A DNA stretch of 64,000 nucleotides, taken from the NCBI GenBank assembly GCA_043567175.1, contig CP121323.1, forward strand, positions 1,382,813 to 1,446,812. Direction: 5' to 3'. This document shows positions 18,245 through 28,752 of this stretch, one piece after another. Position 1 is the stretch's first letter, and each line of letters begins with the position of its first letter. Below the pieces are notes generated by a model. That model was given only the letters and a program-made list of their open reading frames with translations. It was not told where the DNA came from and did no database searches. This stretch comes from Erythrobacter sp. GTDB lineage: Bacteria > Pseudomonadota > Alphaproteobacteria > Sphingomonadales > Sphingomonadaceae. The position numbers and the translations under genes are program-made.

Positions 18245-19230
18245 CCACACTTGAACAGCAAGCTGAAGCCCTGCGCGAAGAGGCTTCTCAGGAACCCGAT
18301 CCCGTACACACGGGAGAGGTGAAGAGCGAAACTCAGATCATCGCCATTTACGGCAAGGGCGGTTCGGGCAAGAGCTTTGCGCTCTCCAACCTCAGCTACA
18401 TGATGGCCCAGCAGGGCAAGCGCGTGCTGTTGATCGGCTGCGACCCCAAGTCCGACACGACCAGCCTGCTGTTTGGCGGCAAGGCGTGCCCGACGATCAT
18501 CGAAACCTCATCGAGAAAGAAGCTTGCAGGCGAGGAAGTCACCATCGAGGATGTGTGCTTCCAGCGTGATGGCGTCTTCGCCATGGAACTGGGTGGCCCG
18601 GAAGTGGGTCGTGGTTGCGGCGGACGCGGCATCATCCACGGCTTCGAGCTGCTGGAGAAGCTGGGCTTTCACGAATGGGGCTTTGATTATGTCCTGCTCG
18701 ATTTCCTTGGCGACGTGGTGTGTGGCGGGTTCGGCCTGCCGATCGCACGCGACATGTGCCAGAAGGTGATCCTCGTCGGATCAAACGACATGCAGTCGCT
18801 CTATGTGGCCAACAATGTCTGCCAGGCGGTCGAATATTTCCGCAAGATGGGTGGGAATGTAGGCGTTGCCGGCATCATCGTGAACAAGGACGACGGCACC
18901 GGAGAAGCAGCAGCATTCGCCAAGGCGGTCGATATCCCGGTGCTGACCGCGATCCCCGCAGATGAAGACATCCGCCGCAAGAGCGCCAATTACCAGATCA
19001 TTGGAATGCCCGATGGGCAATGGGGCTCGCTCTTCGAGGAACTCGCCACCAATATAGAACAGGCTGAACCACGGCGGCCGACGCCGCTCGACCAGGACGG
19101 CTTGCTCGGTCTTTTCAGCCCGGATGAAACCGGCGGAGACATCCAGCTCAAGCCCGCGACCCAAGCCGACATGCGCGGCGGTGTGTTCGAGCAGAAGCCA
19201 AGCCTTGAAGTCATTTACGACGAGGTCTGA
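18241..19230 (+). CDS. bchX: Chlorophyllide a reductase iron protein
   Basis: [26 protein letters not shown] and DVVCGGF. Confidence 0.97.
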   Translation: MTTLEQQAEALREEASQEPDPVHTGEVKSETQIIAIYGKGGSGKSFALSNLSYMMAQQGKRVLLIGCDPKSDTTSLLFGGKACPTIIETSSRKKLAGEEVTIEDVCFQRDGVFAMELGGPEVGRGCGGRGIIHGFELLEKLGFHEWGFDYVLLDFLGDVVCGGFGLPIARDMCQKVILVGSNDMQSLYVANNVCQAVEYFRKMGGNVGVAGIIVNKDDGTGEAAAFAKAVDIPVLTAIPADEDIRRKSANYQIIGMPDGQWGSLFEELATNIEQAEPRRPTPLDQDGLLGLFSPDETGGDIQLKPATQADMRGGVFEQKPSLEVIYDEV

Positions 19231-19233
19231 ACG

Positions 19234-20970
19234 ATGAGCAAAAGCACCATCTCGAAACCGTCAACGGATACAAACGCACCCGCGGATCGCGCACGCCCGG
19301 CTGATAGGCTGGATGTGAGCGTCGCTGACGGCACCGCTCCGGTGGCCGCAGACGACCCCGTGCTCGAAGCCAAGAAGGCCGCCGCACGCAAGATGCTCGA
19401 AGCGCGCGCCGCACAGGCAATGGAAATCGAAGAGCGCAAGGCGGCCAAGGCTGCTGAAACCGCAGAAGCCCCGGCCACGCCGGATATGGCGGCCGCGGGC
19501 GGATGCTCGAGCAAGGATACAATGCGCGAAGCCGCCCGCAAGGCCGGCAAGAGCGACATCCTCGATCAATACGCCGCCGATTACCCAGTCGATCCCGAGC
19601 GCGGACCCCATGACCAGCCGCAATCGATGTGCCCTGCCTTCGGAAGCTTGCGCGTCGGCCTCAGAATGAAGCGCACCGCGACCGTTCTCTCGGGCTCAGC
19701 TTGCTGCGTTTACGGTCTGACCTTCACCTCGCACTTCTACGGTGCGCGGCGCACGGTCGGCTATGTGCCTTTCAGCTCCGAGACCCTGGTCACCGGCAAG
19801 CTGTTTGAAGACATCAAGGAAGCGGTCGAAGGGATGGCCGATCCTGAACTCTACGACGCGATCGTCGTCACCAATCTGTGCGTGCCCACCGCCAGCGGTG
19901 TTCCGCTGCGCCTGCTCAAGAAGCAGATCAACGGCGTGCGCATTATCGGTATCGATGTGCCCGGCTTTGGCATTCCCACCCATGCAGAGGCCAAGGACGT
20001 GCTCGCCGGTGCGATGCTGGCCTATGCGCGTCAGGAAGTCGCCGCTGGCCCAGTCGCTGCGCCCGAGGGACGCTCGGACAAGCCGACGGTCACGCTGCTG
20101 GGCGAAATGTTCCCGGCAGATCCAGTGGTGATCGGGCAGATGCTCGAGCCTCTCGGCCTTGCTGCAGGACCGGTCGTACCGACCCGCGAATGGCGCGAGC
20201 TTTATTCCGCGCTTGACTGCGCCGTGGTCGCCGCGATCCACCCGTTCTACACCGCCAGCATTCGCGAATTCGAGTCAGCGGGCCGTCCGGTCATCGGCTC
20301 GGCTCCGGTGGGCGCCGATGGCACCGCCGCCTGGCTGCAATCGATCGGCGACACGCTCGGCCTGCCACAAGACAAGGTCGATGGTGTCAAGAACGCAATG
20401 ATCGGAGCGTGCAAGGGCGCCCTTGCCTCGCAGCCGATCAATGGCCGCATCACGGTCTCGGGCTATGAAGGCTCGGAACTGCTGGTGGCTCGCCTACTGA
20501 TCGAAAGCGGCGCCGATGTCCGCTATGTCGGCAGCGCATGCCCCAAGACCAAATGGTCGGACCCTGATCGCGAGTGGCTCGAGGCGCGCGGTGTGCACGT
20601 CAATTTCCGTGCCAGCCTCGAAGAGGATATCGCGGCGGTCGAAGAGTATAAGCCCGATCTCGCGATCGGCACCACTCCGGTGGTCCAGCACGCGAAATCG
20701 GAGGCGATCCCCTCGCTTTACTTCACCAACCTCATTTCGGCCCGCCCCCTCATGGGACCGGCCGGCGCGGGAAGCCTTGCCCAGGTCGTCAACGCGGCGA
20801 TGGGCAACAAGGAGCGCTTCGACAAGATGCGTGACTTCTTCGAAGGCGTGGGCAGTGAATATTCCGCCGGCGTCTGGGAAGACACTCCGGTCGATCGTCC
20901 CAAGTTCCGCAAGAAATACGCAGCTCTCAACGAAGCGGCGCGCAAGGCGTCGGAGGCGGTGGGCACATGA
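19234..20970 (+). CDS. bchY: Chlorophyllide a reductase subunit Y
   Basis: [25 protein letters not shown] and [12 protein letters not shown]. Carries a long N-terminal extension. Confidence 0.96.
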   Translation: MSKSTISKPSTDTNAPADRARPADRLDVSVADGTAPVAADDPVLEAKKAAARKMLEARAAQAMEIEERKAAKAAETAEAPATPDMAAAGGCSSKDTMREAARKAGKSDILDQYAADYPVDPERGPHDQPQSMCPAFGSLRVGLRMKRTATVLSGSACCVYGLTFTSHFYGARRTVGYVPFSSETLVTGKLFEDIKEAVEGMADPELYDAIVVTNLCVPTASGVPLRLLKKQINGVRIIGIDVPGFGIPTHAEAKDVLAGAMLAYARQEVAAGPVAAPEGRSDKPTVTLLGEMFPADPVVIGQMLEPLGLAAGPVVPTREWRELYSALDCAVVAAIHPFYTASIREFESAGRPVIGSAPVGADGTAAWLQSIGDTLGLPQDKVDGVKNAMIGACKGALASQPINGRITVSGYEGSELLVARLLIESGADVRYVGSACPKTKWSDPDREWLEARGVHVNFRASLEEDIAAVEEYKPDLAIGTTPVVQHAKSEAIPSLYFTNLISARPLMGPAGAGSLAQVVNAAMGNKERFDKMRDFFEGVGSEYSAGVWEDTPVDRPKFRKKYAALNEAARKASEAVGT

Positions 20971-22439
20971 CACTCGTTCTCGACCATGATCGCGCCGGCG
21001 GATATTGGGGCGCAACGTACGTCTTCACGGCGGTGAAGGGCCTGCAGGTCATCATCGATGGCCCGGTGGGCTGTGAAAACCTGCCGGTGACCTCGGTTCT
21101 GCACTATACCGACGCCCTGCCTCCGCACGAATTGCCCATCGTGGTGACAGGCCTTGGCGAGGAAGAGCTCGGCAAGACCGGCACCGAAGGCGCAATGAAA
21201 CGCGCCTGGGAAGCGCTCGACACCGAGCTTCCCGCAGTGGTCGTCACCGGCTCGATCGCCGAAATGATCGGTGGCGGCGTCACGCCCGAGGGCACCAATA
21301 TCAAGCGCTTCCTGCCGCGCACGATCGACGAGGATCAGTGGCAATCGGCCGACCGCGCGCTGACCTGGCTGTGGACCGAATTCGGTCCCAAGAAAGCCCC
21401 CAAGCGCAAGGAGCGCAAGGAAGGCGAGAAGCCGGTCGTCAACATCATCGGCCCCTCCTACGGCATGTTCAACATGCCATCGGACCTGGCGGAGATCCGC
21501 CGTCTGATCGAGGGGATCGGCGCCGAGGTCGGCATGGTCTTCCCGCTGGGCAGTCACCTTGCCGATATTCGCGGCCTTGCAATGGCCGATGCCAATGTCT
21601 GCATGTATCGCGAGTTTGGCCGCAACCTGTGCGAAACGCTCGAGATCCCGTATTTTCAGGCCCCTATCGGCCTCACATCGACTACGAGGTTCCTTCGCTC
21701 GCTGGGCGCTGAGCTCGGCATTGACCCCGAACCGTTCATCGAGCGCGAGAAACACACGACGATCAAGCCGCTGTGGGACCTGTGGCGTTCAGTCACTCAG
21801 GATTTCTTCGGCACGGCAAGCTTCGGCATCGTCGCCAACGAGACCTATGCCCGCGGCATCCGCTTCTTCCTGGAAGAGGACATGGGCCTGCCATGCGCAC
21901 TCAGCTTCTCGCGTTGTGCCGGTGTGAAACCGGTCAACGAGGATGTGCGCGCAGCCATTCACTCTAACCCGCCGCTCGTGATGTTCGGATCGTACAACGA
22001 ACGGATGTACATGGCCGAAATGGGTTCGAGCGCGCACGGGCCGCAAGGCCAGTTCATACCAGCCAGTTTTCCTGGCGCGGCGATCCGCCGCCATACCGGC
22101 ACGCCCTTCATGGGCTATTCGGGCGCGACTTATCTCGTGCAGGAAGTGTGCAATGCGTTGTTCGATGCGCTGTTCCACATCCTGCCGCTTGGCACGGAAA
22201 TGGATAAATCACCGCCGACGCCCGCAAGAGAACGCACTGAATTGACTTGGGACAAAGACGCCAAGGAGCTTCTTGATAGTCTCGTCGAAGAACAACCGGT
22301 TCTGATTAGAATTTCCGCGGCCAAGAGCCTTCGCGATGCCGCTGAACGCACCGCTCGCCAGAACGGCTTGGAGCGCGTGACAAGAGATTGCCTAGCCCAG
22401 GGACGGGCCAAGGCCGTACCAGAGAGCGAGACCGCATGA
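20967..22439 (+). CDS. bchZ: Chlorophyllide a reductase subunit Z
   Basis: [30 protein letters not shown] and [12 protein letters not shown]. Confidence 0.97.
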   Translation: MTLVLDHDRAGGYWGATYVFTAVKGLQVIIDGPVGCENLPVTSVLHYTDALPPHELPIVVTGLGEEELGKTGTEGAMKRAWEALDTELPAVVVTGSIAEMIGGGVTPEGTNIKRFLPRTIDEDQWQSADRALTWLWTEFGPKKAPKRKERKEGEKPVVNIIGPSYGMFNMPSDLAEIRRLIEGIGAEVGMVFPLGSHLADIRGLAMADANVCMYREFGRNLCETLEIPYFQAPIGLTSTTRFLRSLGAELGIDPEPFIEREKHTTIKPLWDLWRSVTQDFFGTASFGIVANETYARGIRFFLEEDMGLPCALSFSRCAGVKPVNEDVRAAIHSNPPLVMFGSYNERMYMAEMGSSAHGPQGQFIPASFPGAAIRRHTGTPFMGYSGATYLVQEVCNALFDALFHILPLGTEMDKSPPTPARERTELTWDKDAKELLDSLVEEQPVLIRISAAKSLRDAAERTARQNGLERVTRDCLAQGRAKAVPESETA

Positions 22440-22593
22440 CGCGTTTCTCACTCCCTTTCAAAATCGTGCGTGTGGCCACGATTAGTCAACGAATTGCCTG
22501 GGGATCGGGCTCATCCAATCCACGTGGGGGATCACGCGGGGATGCCGACGGGGGCTTAGCCCTCAAATACCCAACTGATACGGAGACTAAAAA

Positions 22594-22767
22594 ATGGTTG
22601 ATCCGACACCCGGTGAGCGCATTGGCACTTACCTGACGCCTGAAGAGGCACAGGAAATCCACAAAGGCTTCATGAGCACGTTTACGCTCTATGTCGCAAT
22701 TGCGGTCGTCGCCCATGCCCTCCTTTGGGCCCATAAGCCCTGGTTCACAGGCGGCTTTGGCCTCTGA
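22594..22767 (+). CDS. pufB: LH1 beta polypeptide (57 aa; absent from the ORF track)
   Basis: My translation is MVDPTPGERIGTYLTPEEAQEIHKGFMSTFTLYVAIAVVAHALLWAHKPWFTGGFGL. It has EIH, the AxxxH BChl ligand and KPW, with a GGAGA Shine-Dalgarno. Confidence 0.95.
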   Translation: MVDPTPGERIGTYLTPEEAQEIHKGFMSTFTLYVAIAVVAHALLWAHKPWFTGGFGL

Positions 22768-22837
22768 TCGTTTGAAAGCGCAGCTTTCGGGCTGAATTTT
22801 CAAACTTTCTCACACAACACGAAAAAGGAATTCCATC

Positions 22838-23035
22838 ATGTGGAGAATCTGGCTTCAATTCGATATCCGTCGCGTCCTCGTGGCTTTGCACGTTGGTCTG
22901 GCGGTACTCGCTTTCACCATCCATTTCCTGCTGCTCAGCACGGACCGTTACAACTGGCTTGATCAAGCATCGGGTGCACCGATCGCTTCTCAGTCAGCTC
23001 AGGTCGAGCTGCTGGACGGCCCGGCATTGGGCTGA
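22838..23035 (+). CDS. pufA: LH1 alpha polypeptide
   Basis: MWRIWLQFDIRRVLVALH...LAFTIHFLLLSTDRYNW. Confidence 0.96.
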   Translation: MWRIWLQFDIRRVLVALHVGLAVLAFTIHFLLLSTDRYNWLDQASGAPIASQSAQVELLDGPALG

Positions 23036-23055
23036 GGACAAGCGTAATGTAAGGG

Positions 23056-23071
23056 GGCAGGTTCGCCTGCC
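23056..23071 (+). promoter_or_regulatory. pufA-pufL intercistronic stem-loop
   Basis: GGCAGG-TTCG-CCTGCC has a UUCG tetraloop, at the position where puf operons carry a pufBA-stabilising hairpin. Confidence 0.7.
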
Positions 23072-23132
23072 TGCCTCCTAACATTCCTGAAAACCCTTCA
23101 AGACTTGCCCTTTGGGCGGGAAGGATGGACCT

Positions 23133-23972
23133 ATGGCGCTCCTTAGTTTCGAGCGGAAATACCGCGTGCGCGGTGGCACAATAATCGGCGGCGACCTCTT
23201 CGACTTTTGGGTCGGGCCGTTTTATGTCGGATTCTTTGGAGTAACGACGGCCGTCAGCGCAGCTCTGGGCACGATGCTGATCTTTGCAGCAGCACTCCAA
23301 GGCCCGACAATGAACCCGTGGCTGATCGATATTCAGCCACCCGCCATCGAGAATGGCCTTTCCATCATGCCGCTGAAAGAAGGCGGCTACTGGCAGTGGA
23401 TCACGGTTTGCGCGGTCATCGCGTTCAGTTCGTGGGTCATGCGCCAGGCGGAAATCAGTCGCAAACTGGGCATGAGCTATCATGTCCCGATTGCCTTCAG
23501 CGTGGCGGTTTTCGCCTATGTCACGCTCAACGTCATCCGTCCGGTGTGGATGGGCGCCTGGGGACACGCATTCCCCTATGGCATCTTCTCGCACCTCGAT
23601 TGGGTGTCCTATGTCGGATATTCCTACGGCAACTTCCACTTCAACCCGATCCACATGCTGGCGATCACGTTCTTCTTCACGAACTGCCTCGCTCTTGCAT
23701 TGCACGGCGGGCTGGTGCTCTCGGCGGTGAACCCGACCGGTGGGACCGACGTGAAGACGCCGGAATACGAAGACACATACTTCCGGGACTTCATCGGCTA
23801 CTCGGTCGGCACGCTCGGCATTCACCGCGTGGGGCTTTTCCTGGCGCTGAACGCAGGCTTCTGGAGCGCGATCTGCATCGTCATCTCCGGTCCGATCTAT
23901 GTCGGCAGCTGGGTCGATTTCTGGGAGTTCTGGCGTGAAATCCCGCTTTGGGAAGGGGAGGCCTTAACCTGA
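23133..23972 (+). CDS. pufL: Reaction centre L subunit
   Basis: [30 protein letters not shown] and NFHFNPIHM. Confidence 0.98.
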   Translation: MALLSFERKYRVRGGTIIGGDLFDFWVGPFYVGFFGVTTAVSAALGTMLIFAAALQGPTMNPWLIDIQPPAIENGLSIMPLKEGGYWQWITVCAVIAFSSWVMRQAEISRKLGMSYHVPIAFSVAVFAYVTLNVIRPVWMGAWGHAFPYGIFSHLDWVSYVGYSYGNFHFNPIHMLAITFFFTNCLALALHGGLVLSAVNPTGGTDVKTPEYEDTYFRDFIGYSVGTLGIHRVGLFLALNAGFWSAICIVISGPIYVGSWVDFWEFWREIPLWEGEALT

Positions 23973-24895
23973 TGGCTACGTATCAAAACATCTTCACCCA
24001 GGTGCAGGTCAAAGCCGAGCCCGAACTCGGCGTCCCGCACCTCGACGGTAGCGAACCGCGCTACAACATGACCGGCTATTCCTACTGGATGGGCAAGTTC
24101 GGCCAGGCCCAGCTTGGTCCGCTCTATCTGGGGTGGCTCGGCATGATCAGTCTGGCATTCGGGTTTGCGGCCCTGTTCATCATCGGGATGAACTTTGCCG
24201 AACAGGCAAACTGGAGCCCGCAGACCTTCATGCGCGAGTTCTTCTGGCTATCGCTTGACCCGCCGGGACCGGAATACGGGAAGGACTTCATTGTCCCCCT
24301 GAAAGAAGGCGGCTGGTTTATCATGACTGGCGCTTTCCTGACCATTTCGGTTCTGTGCTGGCTGGCCCGCACCTATATGCGCGCTCGCGCTCTGGGCATG
24401 GGCTATCACATCCCCTGGGCCTTCGCTTCCGCGATCTGGCTGTTCCTGGTGCTGGGCTTCATTCGCCCGATGCTGGGCACCGGCTGGCACGAAGCGGTTC
24501 CCTACGGGATCTTCAGCCACCTGATCTGGACCAACAACTTCTCGCTGATCTGGGGTAACTTCTTCTACAACCCGTTCCACGCGCTCTCGATCGTCTTCCT
24601 TTACGGGTCGGCCATCCTGTTCGCGATGCACGGAGCCACGATCCTTGCAACCGGCCGCTATGGCGCCGAGCGCGAGATCGAACAGATCACCGACCGCGGC
24701 ACAGCGGCTGAACGCGGTGGCCTTTTCTGGCGCTGGACGATGGGCTTCAACGCCTCGATCGAATCCATCCACCGCTGGGCCTGGTGGTTCGCCGTCCTGA
24801 CCACGCTTACCGGCGGGATCGGCGTCCTTCTCTCGGGCACGGTCGTCGAGAACTGGTACATCTGGGCGCAAGAGCACTATTACGCTCCGGTCTGA
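23972..24895 (+). CDS. pufM: Reaction centre M subunit
   Basis: [31 protein letters not shown] and SIHRWAWWF. Overlaps pufL as TGATG. Confidence 0.98.
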   Translation: MATYQNIFTQVQVKAEPELGVPHLDGSEPRYNMTGYSYWMGKFGQAQLGPLYLGWLGMISLAFGFAALFIIGMNFAEQANWSPQTFMREFFWLSLDPPGPEYGKDFIVPLKEGGWFIMTGAFLTISVLCWLARTYMRARALGMGYHIPWAFASAIWLFLVLGFIRPMLGTGWHEAVPYGIFSHLIWTNNFSLIWGNFFYNPFHALSIVFLYGSAILFAMHGATILATGRYGAEREIEQITDRGTAAERGGLFWRWTMGFNASIESIHRWAWWFAVLTTLTGGIGVLLSGTVVENWYIWAQEHYYAPV

Positions 24896-24985
24896 GCTGG
24901 AATAGCGCCATAGACGCCCCTCGGTAGAGCCGCCCGCCATCCGCATCGGATACAAGCGAGCGCTCTACCGGTCGGCACAAAGATA

Positions 24986-25028
24986 CGGCCCCGCCTCCCT
25001 TCAATGGGACGCGGGGCCGGTCTTCTTT
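24986..25028 (+). terminator. Probable puf operon terminator
   Basis: CGGCCCCGC...GCGGGGCCG stem followed by GTCTTCTTT. Confidence 0.65.
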
Positions 25029-25312
25029 GAGCTGTTTGAAACGAACTGGCAGTGAGCACCCGGATCAAGGCTGGGCTATCGAAAGCTGGGACATCGAGGC
25101 TGGACTATCGATCCGGCCGATCACTCAGGAACCGCGAGCAAAAACCAGTGTCGGGCTGCAGCCATTTCGCTTGGCAGGGACACACTGGCGGTCTGATCGA
25201 ACTATCCTGCTGCAATCCAGGGGAACGCCGCCCCAGGCCTCGGAACGATGCGATGATGCGATGCCCCTCCCCCTTTCCACGCTCAGCGGCCCGGAGCCGC
25301 TGGACCCGCCAA

Positions 25313-25594
25313 CTAGACGTCCTGCGTATCCTCTCGCGAGTCTCGCTGGCGCAGGCGCTGCAGCACATCCATCACGTGAAGCGGGAAAGAGGCCGTCAAT
25401 GCCAGCGCCACCCAATACCAGGCTGCACCGACAAGCGCGGCGCGCACGGCAAGGACGATGAAAACGGCCGGGCCCAATAGCTGGGCCAGACGCGCGAGGC
25501 TCCAGCCGCGGCGGGAGAGCCAGAGAGCCTCAAGCGCGAGGACGAGCAGCACCACATCCGCTGCCCGGCCGCTGTCAAAGAAGGTCTGGATCAT
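25313..25594 (-). CDS. Small membrane hypothetical protein downstream of tspO
   Basis: MIQTFFDSGRAADVVLLVLALEALWL... has about 3 hydrophobic segments and is co-oriented with bchG-bchP-tspO. Confidence 0.7.
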   Translation of the reverse strand: MIQTFFDSGRAADVVLLVLALEALWLSRRGWSLARLAQLLGPAVFIVLAVRAALVGAAWYWVALALTASFPLHVMDVLQRLRQRDSREDTQDV

Positions 25595-25672
25595 TGCCTG
25601 CCCAAATTGCGCGGCAGGCAGAAACACAGCGCATTCAATGCGCTGAGCCAATCCTGCCGCTCATAGAAGCGA

Positions 25673-26188
25673 TCAGCCAAACGGCCGGTTAAGCTCGACA
25701 ATTGCCCAGTTCAGCATGCCTGCATAGCTAAGCCACACAAGATAGGGCAGCAGCAGCGCAGAAGCAGGCTTTGAAAAGCGGAAGCACGAGACGATCATCA
25801 CCAGCACCGCAACCCACATCAGCAAGATTTCCATGAACGCCCAATCCGGCCTTTGCAGTCGGAAGAACAGCAGGCTCCACACGACGTTCAGGAAAGCATT
25901 GAAAGCGAACAGGCTCACAACCGTTTGCGCATCGCGCGAGGTCGGGGCAGCACGCCAGGCCTTGATGAATGCGACTGTTACAAGCGCAAAGATCACCGTC
26001 CACACAATCGGGAACAGGCCATCGGGCACCGTCCAGACGGGTTTGACAAGTGCCTGGTACCAAGGGCCAAGATCGGTGACAGTCGCGCCCATGAAAGCGA
26101 CGAAGAACGCCGCGATCGTAGCCGCGAGTATGGGCAGCACCCGCATGGGATTGAGGAAGGGCCGCTCTTGAAATTCTTCAGCTCGCAT
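25673..26188 (-). CDS. tspO: TspO/MBR tryptophan-rich sensory protein
   Basis: WYQALVKPVW..P..LFPIVWT, LNVVWSLLFF and LLPYLVWLSYA. Start could be 26146. Confidence 0.93.
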   Translation of the reverse strand: MRAEEFQERPFLNPMRVLPILAATIAAFFVAFMGATVTDLGPWYQALVKPVWTVPDGLFPIVWTVIFALVTVAFIKAWRAAPTSRDAQTVVSLFAFNAFLNVVWSLLFFRLQRPDWAFMEILLMWVAVLVMIVSCFRFSKPASALLLPYLVWLSYAGMLNWAIVELNRPFG

Positions 26189-26194
26189 GGCGCG

Positions 26195-27391
26195 TCAACT
26201 CGCCTCGGCCCTGAGGCCCAGCAGGTGCGCTGTATCCTTCAGGAAGATCTTTACATGCGCCATCGGTTTCGAGCGGACCAGCTTTTTGTTCATGTAGGCC
26301 TGCCAGGTCAGCTGCTGCACATCCTCGTCATCGCACATTGAGACAAAGCGCTCGCGTCGCTTGTCGCTCGAATACCAGAAATACTGCATGATCCCCAGGA
26401 TCCAGAACACCCGTCCATGTTCCTTCATGAAGCGGCCGCGGGCTTTCGCGAGCTGCTTGGCCTCGCCGGTCTTGAGGAACTGGCTCGCCGCCTCGGCGCT
26501 GACACGGCCACCGACCATTGCGTAGTAAATGCCCTCGCCCGAAGCCGGTGCGACGATGCCGGCGGCATCCCCGGCGACGATGACGTCGCGGCCATTGTCC
26601 CACTTCTTGAGCGGCTTCAGGGGGATCGGAGCGCCCTCGCGGCGCACCGTCTCGCAGCGGTCGAGGCCAAGATCGCCGCGCATTTCGGCAACCGCACCGC
26701 GCAGGGAAAAGCCCTTGTTGGCGCTGCCCACCCCGATGCTCGCGGTCTCGCCATGCGGGAACACCCAGGCATAGAAATCGGGCGACAGGCGGCCTTGGTA
26801 GAAAACATCGCAGCGATTGGCATCGAAACTTTCGGTGTCATTGGCAGGCGACTTGATGATCTCGTGATAGGCAAAGACGCATTTCACCCGCTCCGCATTG
26901 GGCAGAGCCTGCTTGGCCACCGCAGAACGCGCTCCATCTGCGCCCAGGATACAACGCGCCCGGATCTTCTCGATCGGACCGCCGCGTTCGCGCCGGAAGG
27001 TTACAAGCGGATGCGGGTTATCATCGCGCTCAATCTTCTCAAACGTCGCGCTCAGCCGCTCGGCACCACTTTCGCAGGCGCGCACGCGAAGCCATTCATC
27101 GAAGTCCTCGCGATCGACCATTCCTACATAGCCGATCTCGCCCACCGGCATATCGACCGCGCGCCCGGAAGGCGCAATCATTCGGGCCGATCGGGCGCGA
27201 GCGACCAGCAGGCTTTGCGGGATGTCGAAATCCTCGAGCAGGCGTGGCGGCACCGCTCCGCCGCACGGCTTGATGCGCCCGCCGCGCTCCATCAGCAGGA
27301 CCGAATGGCCCGCCAGGGCCAGATCCGTCGCAGCGGTGGCGCCGGCGGGTCCACCGCCTATGACGACGGCGTCGTAAATTGTCTCAGTCAT
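26195..27391 (-). CDS. bchP: Geranylgeranyl reductase
   Basis: GGGPAGA, KPCGGAVP, FYAWVFPH and ASGEGIYYAM. Confidence 0.97.
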   Translation of the reverse strand: MTETIYDAVVIGGGPAGATAATDLALAGHSVLLMERGGRIKPCGGAVPPRLLEDFDIPQSLLVARARSARMIAPSGRAVDMPVGEIGYVGMVDREDFDEWLRVRACESGAERLSATFEKIERDDNPHPLVTFRRERGGPIEKIRARCILGADGARSAVAKQALPNAERVKCVFAYHEIIKSPANDTESFDANRCDVFYQGRLSPDFYAWVFPHGETASIGVGSANKGFSLRGAVAEMRGDLGLDRCETVRREGAPIPLKPLKKWDNGRDVIVAGDAAGIVAPASGEGIYYAMVGGRVSAEAASQFLKTGEAKQLAKARGRFMKEHGRVFWILGIMQYFWYSSDKRRERFVSMCDDEDVQQLTWQAYMNKKLVRSKPMAHVKIFLKDTAHLLGLRAEAS

Positions 27392-28752
27392 GCGAAGCTC
27401 TCCTGATCCTTATGGGGGGCTAGTTGGCGCGCGCCGGGCTTGAATGGCGCGGATGTTCCGGAAATTCCGAAAGCAAGTATGGCAGCGACGACGAAGAGCA
27501 GGCCTTCGGCGGCAAACACGATCTGGTATGCAGCGCCGAGGTCTCCAAAGATGGCGAGCGCGATATCGCGGCCCGCTGCGCCCAGAAGCCCGGCAAAGCC
27601 AAAGGCAATGGCCTGCGATGCTCCCCAAACGCCCATGCGAACGCCTTCGCGCGTTTGCTCGCCGGAACCGGCAAGACCCATCATCGCGCCGATCGCAGCG
27701 ACCGCGAAGACGCCGTTGCAGAAACCAAGAAAAAGGACATTGGCCGTCAGTGGCCAGCCCGGTCCGGCCTGCGCCGCAACCGCCAGCCCTGCAAGGCCAA
27801 GCCCTGAACCAAGGCAGCCGCTCACGATCCAGACACGCAGGTCAATCGGCATGCGCGCCTGAAACGCGCTGCCGCCCACGCCGGCAACAATCATCCCGAC
27901 GAGACTGCCCGCATTGAGCATGCCGCCCAGCTGCGTCGTCGCGCCGGGCGCCATGCCGAAAATCTGGCCGGCAAATGGCTCAAGGATGAGATCCTGCATG
28001 TTGTAGGCCATCATCGAGACGAAGATGAAAATGGTGAAACGCCGCGCGGCGGTCTCGCCAAAGATCTCGCGGATCGCGGTGGCAAAGGCGGGCGCATCGC
28101 TGTCCTTTGCGGTTTGCGCGAAGACGGGCTTGTCGCGCTCGAGCCGGAAAGTGGCGATGATGGTCAGCGCGATCGCCGTGACTGCAAGACCCATCGCGAC
28201 CCTTGTCAGCACTTGCGGCGAGAAGGGTTCGATCAACGCACCCACAGTTATGGCCGAAGCCACGATCCCGGCGATCATCATGATCCATGTCATCGCAGCG
28301 GCCGCAGAGCGGCGCTCCGGCGCAACGCTTGAAGCCAATAGGGCCAGCGCAGACGTGCCCGCCGCCCCCACACCTACGCCGATAATCGTGTAAGCAAGGA
28401 TAGCGTAAGCGAACACCCAGAAGCCGGAAGCGGCCATCATCAAGGTTGCCTGCGTTGCCATCAGAACGCCGACGGCAAGAATAATCATGCCGCCGATGAT
28501 CCAGTGCGTGCGGTTGGAGCCGCGGTCCGATCCGTGACCCCACAGCGGGCGGCCAAGCTGGATGACATAGTGCCATGAGACCAGCGCCGCCGGAATTGCG
28601 GCGAGCAGACCGTATTCGACCACCATCAGGCGGTTGAGAACCGTGGTCGACATCATCACCAGTGCGCCGATGCACGCCTGCACAAGGCCTATGCGAGCAA
28701 TGGCAAACCAGGAAAGGCCCGCATTGACACTGGATGCAAGCGGCGCGTGCAT
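27388..28752 (-). CDS. pucC: PucC/BCD-family MFS protein
   Basis: LNRLMVVE, GHGSDRG, QDLILEPFAG and MGVWGASQA. Lies between bchG and bchP. Confidence 0.88.
   Translation of the reverse strand: MHAPLASSVNAGLSWFAIARIGLVQACIGALVMMSTTVLNRLMVVEYGLLAAIPAALVSWHYVIQLGRPLWGHGSDRGSNRTHWIIGGMIILAVGVLMATQATLMMAASGFWVFAYAILAYTIIGVGVGAAGTSALALLASSVAPERRSAAAAMTWIMMIAGIVASAITVGALIEPFSPQVLTRVAMGLAVTAIALTIIATFRLERDKPVFAQTAKDSDAPAFATAIREIFGETAARRFTIFIFVSMMAYNMQDLILEPFAGQIFGMAPGATTQLGGMLNAGSLVGMIVAGVGGSAFQARMPIDLRVWIVSGCLGSGLGLAGLAVAAQAGPGWPLTANVLFLGFCNGVFAVAAIGAMMGLAGSGEQTREGVRMGVWGASQAIAFGFAGLLGAAGRDIALAIFGDLGAAYQIVFAAEGLLFVVAAILAFGISGTSAPFKPGARQLAPHKDQESFA

Noticed and set aside
22471-22488. TGT-N12-TCA upstream of pufB as a possible PpsR site
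   Set aside because: One mismatch, no partner site, and not a TGTC/GACA-type core. Too weak to call.
22436-22636. 66-aa reading frame starting in an ATGA overlap with the bchZ stop, at the position of pufQ
   Set aside because: No TM segment and no PufQ-like motif, and it overlaps the pufB start out of frame. Not called as pufQ.
24896-25312. Possible pufX or pufC after pufM
   Set aside because: No ORF with a CxxCH motif or a single-TM PufX-like pattern. The ORFs at 25027 and 25052 look like non-coding frames.
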